A stretch of 64,000 bases of DNA from IMG/VR virus record IMGVR_UViG_3300031993_000008, positions 160,001-224,000 of that record. One strand, 5' to 3'. The translations under genes were made by a program, and so were the position numbers. The notes beneath the pieces are model-generated. The model had not been told where the DNA came from and made no database searches. It was given only the letters and a program-made list of their open reading frames with translations. Positions within the stretch are counted from its first letter, which is position 1, and the number at the start of each line of letters is the position of its first letter. Source of the stretch: a virus (lineage: Duplodnaviria; Caudoviricetes). Of the stretch, positions 57,661-64,000 are shown piece after piece.

Positions 57661-57843
57661 TTACATAAAATATTTTCCACAATTTGGACATCTATACAGT
57701 TCCTTCCATTCTGACTGGATACTGAATTGTCCATTTTCAATATGGTGGGCATCTTTTTCACCAAGAAGATTGGTCTCATCATCTATATATTCTGCAATGT
57801 CCTCACCACAATAGGGACATTTCTCATAATCACACTCTTTCAT
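57661..57843 (-). CDS. Zinc-ribbon protein
   Basis: CPYCG...CPNCG. Confidence 0.7.
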   Translation of the reverse strand: MKECDYEKCPYCGEDIAEYIDDETNLLGEKDAHHIENGQFSIQSEWKELYRCPNCGKYFM

Positions 57844-57844
57844 A

Positions 57845-58183
57845 TTAATCCTTGAAATAGTTTATCAATGGTGAGTTGTATTTTCCCTGTGCAATCTCCC
57901 TCAAATTTTCAATAGGGGTTTCAACCCTTAATCTTGTATAGAAATCCTTCATATCCCTTTCACTGTTGAAACATAGGAAAGCATCTATGACTTCATCCCA
58001 ACAATGGACAATCCCTTCTTTCTCCAGGAGTTTATCCATATTTCCAATCTTCTCATCATTCCAGTTCAATGTCCACAGATTACAGGAGAAATTCCCGGCA
58101 GCAAGTTTCTGCTTGATTATCTTAACACTGATTTCAGGAGACAGATTAACACTAACTTCTTTATTATCAGGATTTTCCATCAT
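57845..58183 (-). CDS. Hypothetical protein
   Basis: 112 aa, ATGA overlap. Confidence 0.7.
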   Translation of the reverse strand: MMENPDNKEVSVNLSPEISVKIIKQKLAAGNFSCNLWTLNWNDEKIGNMDKLLEKEGIVHCWDEVIDAFLCFNSERDMKDFYTRLRVETPIENLREIAQGKYNSPLINYFKD

Positions 58184-58989
58184 CTAAAATCTCTTTCCCT
58201 TTCCATTCTCTTGATACATTCCATAGGTGTCTCATTTTCCAGGAGGTCATAACTGCAACCTATACAACCACCCTTCCAACTTCCTTTTCTTGAACCTACT
58301 TCATTGTTGAATACAATTTCTATATATTTTTTGACATGCTTCCACCTTCCTGTCCAGGTCAGCCATTTAGGTCTCCATTCCCTCTCCTCTATCCAGAATG
58401 TACAAGGGATTACCTCACCATCATATTTGTCGGTGTAGTCATAGAAATACCTGTCAACCATTTCATTCTTTTCCAGGGGGAGATATTTTCCATCCTTTTC
58501 CTTTCCAATACTATCATAAGGTATGAGTTTCTTCTCACCATCAATGTTACACGTCACTTCGTGTCTCATATGTATCATTGTCCAGAAGGGAATATCCCAA
58601 GTCCACCACTTGGTTCCACCTCCCATATTTCCGTTTCCACCTCTATATATCCAGAATGTATTGTTATGTATGGCAATACCCCACTTTGGTGCATCACAAT
58701 CACCATAGGGAAATTTTTTGCTCTTCCAGGGAAGTCTGAAAGTACTATGCCAACCCAGGATACTTATATTGAGTTCACCATTGGCAGTTTCATAACCACA
58801 TGCCTCATAGGAAATGTCAAATTTCCAAGAGTGCCAACCGGCATACCAATCATCAGCATCCCAATGATCTCCTTTGATTGGTTTCAGCAGATAGAAACAA
58901 TTACCATTTTTCTTGGCGATTGGTCTATTAAACATAAACCAATATTTCACACCATTACCATAATCTAATTTTCTGAATATCTTTCCCAT
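58180..58989 (-). CDS. Trp-rich hypothetical protein
   Basis: 269 aa. EEREWRPKW and FNNEVGSRKGSWKGG. First gene after a promoter motif. Confidence 0.7.
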   Translation of the reverse strand: MGKIFRKLDYGNGVKYWFMFNRPIAKKNGNCFYLLKPIKGDHWDADDWYAGWHSWKFDISYEACGYETANGELNISILGWHSTFRLPWKSKKFPYGDCDAPKWGIAIHNNTFWIYRGGNGNMGGGTKWWTWDIPFWTMIHMRHEVTCNIDGEKKLIPYDSIGKEKDGKYLPLEKNEMVDRYFYDYTDKYDGEVIPCTFWIEEREWRPKWLTWTGRWKHVKKYIEIVFNNEVGSRKGSWKGGCIGCSYDLLENETPMECIKRMERERDFR

Positions 58990-59013
58990 ATTTCAATTTA
59001 TCAATTACCACAT

Positions 59014-59026
59014 TAAATATAACAAA
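59014..59026 (-). promoter_or_regulatory. TTTGTTATATTTA putative early/middle promoter
   Basis: Upstream of 58989. Confidence 0.7.
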
Positions 59027-59040
59027 CCCCCTCAAAAAAT

Positions 59041-59048
59041 CATAAATA
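59041..59048 (+). promoter_or_regulatory. CATAAATA putative late promoter
   Basis: Upstream of the GH2 gene. Confidence 0.7.
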
Positions 59049-59082
59049 TCTTATAATTATTTTTCAAAAAATATCATAAATT

Positions 59083-62000
59083 ATGCCTGAAATTCCTTCA
59101 ATTTCCTATATCAGGATAGGTGAGGTTGATCACCCAATAGATGCAGTAACACTTAATGGACAAACACTTCCGGATGATTCAAAATATCTTCCAACAGTAT
59201 CAAATACTGAAGATGGACAGATGTTGGGAGTTGATACCGGAGAATGGTCTTTGTTTGATCCGGCAGATATGTATGAGGATATAAACGGTCTTCCTGTAGG
59301 TGGTGACATATCAGGTGACAGTGACAGTGATACTGGTGACAGTGACAGTGACAGTGATGAACCAGTTCATGACTACTCACTTGACTATCTCACCTTTGAA
59401 ATACTCGGAAATGGTACAATAGGTTGGAAGAATAATGGTACAGGTTCTGCTAAGACAATCCAATATTCAATCAATGACGGTACCTGGACTTCAATTACCG
59501 CCGGTTCAGATACAATCAATGTGTCACAGGGTGACATAATCAGGTTCAAGGGTACAAACAATGCATATGCAATAGACAATAGTAATTTCTCTGGATTCGG
59601 AAATATTGGTACTGCCACTTTCAATGTGTCAGGTAATATTATGAGTCTTATCTATGGTGACAACTTTGCAAACCAGACCACACTTCCTACCTCCCATACA
59701 TTCCAGAGTCTGTTTGACCATTCAAATATAGTCAATGCAGAGAACCTCATACTTCCTGCAACAACATTGACAGGTCACTGTTACAGGGCAATGTTCGCAA
59801 ACTGTTCATTATTGAGAACAGCACCTCAACTTCCTGCCACCACAATGGCTGACAGTTGTTATAGGTTTATGTTCCAGGGTTGTGTACTTATGACAACAGC
59901 TCCTAACCTTCCTGCAACAACATTGATAACCAACTGTTATTATGGTATGTTCTCCGGTACATCATCACTTAATTATATCAGGTGTCTTGCAACCAATCCA
60001 AGTTCCACATATACGTCATCATGGACATCAGGTGTTGCAACATCAGGTACATTTGTGAAAGACATCAATGCACAATGGGACACCAACACTGCTGATGGTA
60101 TTCCAAGAGGTTGGACTACCATTGATGAGGGAACACAGATAGTGGCAGCCCCAACCATACATTGTGTAAACAATATAATCACCTTTGGTTGTGATACACC
60201 CAATGCAACCATTTATTACAGATTGGGTGGTTCAGGACAATATCTCATCTATGACAACCCTATTGAGATTCTTGAGGATACTCTTGTAGAGGTTTATGCA
60301 TCAAAGAATGGTTCTGACAGTACAGTGACATCACAGACTTGTATATATGTTGAACCTGAAATTCCTGGAGATAGTGATTCAGAATCAGAAGAGGGAGAGC
60401 ACAATTATACATATGATTACCTTACACTTGATATTATCACAGGAGGTAATCTTCTTTGGAAAGCAAATGGAACAAATGCCACCAAGACTATTCAGTATTC
60501 TATAAATGATGGAGAATGGACTTCCATCACATCAACAACATCAGGTGTGACCATTCCTGTTTCAGCGGGTGATAGTGTCAGATTTAAAGGAACAAACACC
60601 AGGTATTGTGAACAGAACAAGGCAAACTATTCTGGATTTGAAGCTGGTTCAGCCACATTCAATATATCAGGTAACATATTGAGTCTTATCTATGGTGACA
60701 ACTTCATTGGTCAGGACATTGTTAATACATGGGCATTCACTCAGTTTTTCAAAAACTCAAAACCGGTATCAGCAGAGAATATGATACTCCTTGCACCATC
60801 TGTTCCTAATTCTGGTTACCGTGCGATGTTCAGTAAGTGTTCAACCCTGTTGGTTGCTCCAAAGGAACTTCCGGCAACCACATTGGGACAAAATGCATAT
60901 TATTATATGTTTGAGGATTGTGCCTTCACTAATGCACCAGTCCTTCCTGCTGCTTCCAGGTCATCTGCCTGTTATCAGTATATGTTCACCAACTGTAACA
61001 ACCTTAATTATATCAAGTGTCTTGACACCAATCCCCAGTCGGGTTATTACACAGGTTGGACAACCAATGTTGCCGCTGTGGGTACATTTGTCAAGGCAGA
61101 CAATGTTTCTTGGACAACAGGTGTAAATGGTATTCCTACAACATGGGTACAGGTCAACCAGAGTGATGAAGGAAGTGGTCAGGGTGGTCAGGATGAACCT
61201 GAAGAATATGATGGTTCAGATGCACCTGTTCTCCTGGGTTGGAAATATGCCGGTAATGACATCACTCTTCCTTATTCAGTCAATGCCATCAACGGACATA
61301 CAAACTCTTATTCAAAGGGAACATATGTATTTACTTCAAAGATTGCATTGGATGAACTCAATCCTACATACCTTTGGTTTAACCAGGCATCACAGTCTGC
61401 TGAGATTTATATTGACAACTCAAAGGTGACCACACACTGGGGAGGTTACAACTCTTTCTGTGTCGACATTACCAACTATGTACATACAGGTATCAACAAT
61501 CTGATGGTTGCACTGAACAACACAACAAGGAACACCCTTGCTCCATGTTCAGGTGACTTCAACTTCAATGCAACCCTGGGTGAGGTGAGACTTCTTTCAT
61601 CTCCTGTTGTTCCAGATCCATCATTTGGTTATGACGGATTCCATATATCAGCAAATGTGACAGATGCATCAGCAGCCCTGACAATAAGTACATCTGTTCC
61701 AAACACTGCCACTGTTGTACTTACAATAGATGACGGTACATATCATTATACAGATACAGCGACAGGTACAGGTGCAATCACATTCACACATACCATAACA
61801 AATCCACATCTTTGGCATGGAAGGACAGACCCACATCTTTATAACATAACACTGGAGTTCTATCATGATAATACACTTTATCATACCTTCACAAGACCTT
61901 ATGGATTAAGATACTTCTCTTATGTGTATAATGATGCAAATGTAATTCCAAACCAGACTTACACAGGATTTCTGCTCAATGGACAACCTTATTACTTGAG

Positions 62001-63168
62001 GGGAGTCTGCATGCACCAGGATATTGAAGGAAAGGCAAATGCATTAAGTTACCAGGATATTCAGAATGACTTCAACATCATCAATGAACTGAACTGTAAC
62101 TTCATCCGTACTGCCCACTATCCTCATCCAAAGGAGTTCTATGATTTGTGTGACCAGTATGGTGTGATTGTTCAGACAGAGGTACCTTGGGTAAACAAGG
62201 CACAGTCATCAATGCCTGCCGATTATTATACTCACCTTGAAGGTCAGTTCAGGGATATGGTGAATGAACATTACAACCATCCATCTATTCTCTTCTGGGG
62301 TCTTGCCAATGAGATTTCAACAGACGATGCATCGTTCGCACAGACAAAGATAAACGGTTTTGTTACTATCATCAAGAATATAGATCCTTCAAGATGGGTT
62401 GGTTATGTGGTGTCACACTCATACCCCAATGGTCTGGGAACATTCAATTACCCCAATGTGGACTGGATTGGTCAGAACCTTTATGTGGGTTGGTATCTTG
62501 ACAAGACTTCAAACAATCCTTCATCAAGGCTCAACACCTGTCTTAATAATGCCAACAACCGTTCAACTCCTATGGCATATTCTGAATACGGTTGCGGTGG
62601 TAACATATTGTGTCACTCTGATGACCCATTGACAACAACTACAACAGGTAATAACCCCCGTCATGACATTGAGTTCCAGATGTGGCTTCATGAAGGACAT
62701 ATCCAGTGTATCAAGAATTATCCCCAGCTTCTTTTCTCAGCCCAGTGGGTACTCTTTGATTTCGCGGTATCAACAAGAAATGAAGGTTACATCACCTGTC
62801 TTGATGGTGTGAATGAGGGACCCAATGATGACACCAACAGGTATCTGAATGACAAGGGTCTGGTCAAGAGAGATCACATCACAAAGAAGGACACCTTCTA
62901 TCTCTACAAGGCATGGTGGAATCAGACAGACATATTCATACACATATGTCAGAAGAACTATCAGAAACTTTCAGACAGGGTGTTCAAGTGTTATACCAAT
63001 GATGTCGGTCCTTACAAAATCTATGTCAACGGAACCCTGATGGAGACAATACAGACAGATACAACAAACTATATTGTTGAGTTCACCCAGGACACCTATC
63101 AGACAGGAGATGTCATCAGGGTGGAAAGTGCCAATGCATATGACACCTTCCAGCTTGTCTTCTCATAA
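59083..63168 (+). CDS. Modular protein: two BspA-like LRR modules + GH2 glycoside hydrolase (beta-galactosidase-like)
   Basis: LPATTL..CY..MF..C..L..AP repeats. HLWHGRTDPHLY, GFLLNGQPYYLRGVCMHQD, RTAHYPH, WGLANE (acid/base), SEYG (nucleophile) and NDKGLV.RD...KKD.FY.YKAWW. Confidence 0.9.
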   Translation: MPEIPSISYIRIGEVDHPIDAVTLNGQTLPDDSKYLPTVSNTEDGQMLGVDTGEWSLFDPADMYEDINGLPVGGDISGDSDSDTGDSDSDSDEPVHDYSLDYLTFEILGNGTIGWKNNGTGSAKTIQYSINDGTWTSITAGSDTINVSQGDIIRFKGTNNAYAIDNSNFSGFGNIGTATFNVSGNIMSLIYGDNFANQTTLPTSHTFQSLFDHSNIVNAENLILPATTLTGHCYRAMFANCSLLRTAPQLPATTMADSCYRFMFQGCVLMTTAPNLPATTLITNCYYGMFSGTSSLNYIRCLATNPSSTYTSSWTSGVATSGTFVKDINAQWDTNTADGIPRGWTTIDEGTQIVAAPTIHCVNNIITFGCDTPNATIYYRLGGSGQYLIYDNPIEILEDTLVEVYASKNGSDSTVTSQTCIYVEPEIPGDSDSESEEGEHNYTYDYLTLDIITGGNLLWKANGTNATKTIQYSINDGEWTSITSTTSGVTIPVSAGDSVRFKGTNTRYCEQNKANYSGFEAGSATFNISGNILSLIYGDNFIGQDIVNTWAFTQFFKNSKPVSAENMILLAPSVPNSGYRAMFSKCSTLLVAPKELPATTLGQNAYYYMFEDCAFTNAPVLPAASRSSACYQYMFTNCNNLNYIKCLDTNPQSGYYTGWTTNVAAVGTFVKADNVSWTTGVNGIPTTWVQVNQSDEGSGQGGQDEPEEYDGSDAPVLLGWKYAGNDITLPYSVNAINGHTNSYSKGTYVFTSKIALDELNPTYLWFNQASQSAEIYIDNSKVTTHWGGYNSFCVDITNYVHTGINNLMVALNNTTRNTLAPCSGDFNFNATLGEVRLLSSPVVPDPSFGYDGFHISANVTDASAALTISTSVPNTATVVLTIDDGTYHYTDTATGTGAITFTHTITNPHLWHGRTDPHLYNITLEFYHDNTLYHTFTRPYGLRYFSYVYNDANVIPNQTYTGFLLNGQPYYLRGVCMHQDIEGKANALSYQDIQNDFNIINELNCNFIRTAHYPHPKEFYDLCDQYGVIVQTEVPWVNKAQSSMPADYYTHLEGQFRDMVNEHYNHPSILFWGLANEISTDDASFAQTKINGFVTIIKNIDPSRWVGYVVSHSYPNGLGTFNYPNVDWIGQNLYVGWYLDKTSNNPSSRLNTCLNNANNRSTPMAYSEYGCGGNILCHSDDPLTTTTTGNNPRHDIEFQMWLHEGHIQCIKNYPQLLFSAQWVLFDFAVSTRNEGYITCLDGVNEGPNDDTNRYLNDKGLVKRDHITKKDTFYLYKAWWNQTDIFIHICQKNYQKLSDRVFKCYTNDVGPYKIYVNGTLMETIQTDTTNYIVEFTQDTYQTGDVIRVESANAYDTFQLVFS

Positions 63169-63192
63169 AACCCCAAAGACACATAAACAACG

Positions 63193-63227
63193 AATCCCAA
63201 CCCTAATAAGAGTTGGGATTTTTATTT
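63193..63227. terminator. Terminator between convergent genes
   Basis: AATCCCAAC...GTTGGGATT followed by a T-run. Confidence 0.75.
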
Positions 63228-63575
63228 TCAGTAAAGTGATCCTAAACTGGTAAACAGTTCCGGAAAATAAATGCCTGCCTTTTGTACACTGTTCATCCTC
63301 TTTGCATGGATTGAACTGTCTTCCTCTATATAGACCAGAATGTCTTCACCTGGATCTGCCGGATCCGCAGGATTCGTGTCAAACCACCAGCATTTGTACA
63401 TCTTATCCAAATCAGGAGTCCATTTCTTGTCTTTCAATTCTTGGGGAATCCCCTCATTCCAGGGTTTATGATCATAGAATTTATTCTTTACTTCCTGACC
63501 GGTTAAATAACTGATTTTGTAATCGTTATCCTTACTAAACCCCCGGGGGGTTTTCATTATCTTTTCCTTCTTCAT
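63228..63575 (-). CDS. Hypothetical protein
   Basis: ORF ends at the convergent terminator. The start could be the second Met (MKTPRG). Confidence 0.6.
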   Translation of the reverse strand: MKKEKIMKTPRGFSKDNDYKISYLTGQEVKNKFYDHKPWNEGIPQELKDKKWTPDLDKMYKCWWFDTNPADPADPGEDILVYIEEDSSIHAKRMNSVQKAGIYFPELFTSLGSLY

Positions 63576-64000
63576 CTTCTTCTGTTTCTATCTTCCTGAT
63601 GAATTTTATCTCCTTTGCACAAATGGTATCATTATATTCCAGACCTTCATAATATTCTACTCCCACCGGAATCTCACATTCAAATATGGTAAGATTTCTG
63701 AATTCTTTATATGCCTCAACATATTCTTCATATGCTCCAAAATATTCTTTATATTCTTTTTTTGCTTTCTTTACTTTCTGAATATTGGTAAAACAATGAA
63801 TATATCCTCCTTTTATCTGATATAAATCTCCTTCTCCATAGGGATTATGTGTCTTCTCTATTGTATGGAGTCTTCCGAAAGCATCCTTATCGGGAGCCTT
63901 GAAATTTCTCTTACCTTCTATAATATCATCAACTACAGTCCACCCCATAAAAGGAGTTTCATAACCATACTTTCCTTTCAGAATCTTGTAACAGGTTATA
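63535..64000 (-). CDS. Hypothetical phage protein, 5' truncated by the window
   Basis: Frame is open to the window end (ITCYKILKGKYGYETPFMG...). GYIHCF and ECEIPVGVEYY. Confidence 0.7.
   Translation of the reverse strand, partial: ITCYKILKGKYGYETPFMGWTVVDDIIEGKRNFKAPDKDAFGRLHTIEKTHNPYGEGDLYQIKGGYIHCFTNIQKVKKAKKEYKEYFGAYEEYVEAYKEFRNLTIFECEIPVGVEYYEGLEYNDTICAKEIKFIRKIETEEDEEGKDNENPPGV

Noticed and set aside
63537-63554. AAACCCCCGGGGGGTTTT near-palindrome
   Set aside because: It lies in the overlap of two ORFs, occurs once, and has no supportable function.
1-64000. Active stop-codon reassignment within this window
   Set aside because: Coding density is already near complete with the standard code, and no gene is interrupted by TAG or TGA.

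Overview
This 64 kb window is AT-rich, densely coding DNA that reads as part of a large (jumbo-type) tailed phage with T4-like core genes: a UvsW-like helicase, a UvsY-like mediator, a gp2-like DNA end protector and a TATAAATA-like late promoter. The host is most likely a Bacteroidota member, judged from a Bacteroidota-type SmpB, TAnnTTTG-like promoters, SD-less AT-rich starts and BspA/GH2 modules. Positions 1-25.5 kb are a + strand block of large virion/fibre genes: Ser/Thr-rich Ig-repeat proteins, a lamin-tail/metallophosphoesterase and a CotH-kinase/LRR giant. Positions 25.5-50 kb hold replication/recombination genes including a ColE2-type plasmid Replicase homologue, likely internal head proteins, two amidases, fibre proteins and a glycosylation cluster. 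Positions 50-59 kb are a - strand accessory block (DUF2828/TROVE-vWA, SmpB, an AEP-like protein, small ORFs), followed by an LRR-GH2 glycosidase. The most striking observation is that one Big_2-type Ig domain is cut at the same residue at two consecutive gene junctions (...SSDTTVATVS-stop | M-x-x-x-x-GIKVG-x-x-x-ITATY...). This suggests a fibre built head-to-tail by strand complementation between separately encoded proteins. I recognised no tRNA, tmRNA, rRNA, CRISPR array or transposase. All family calls come from motif recognition by eye, not database searches.
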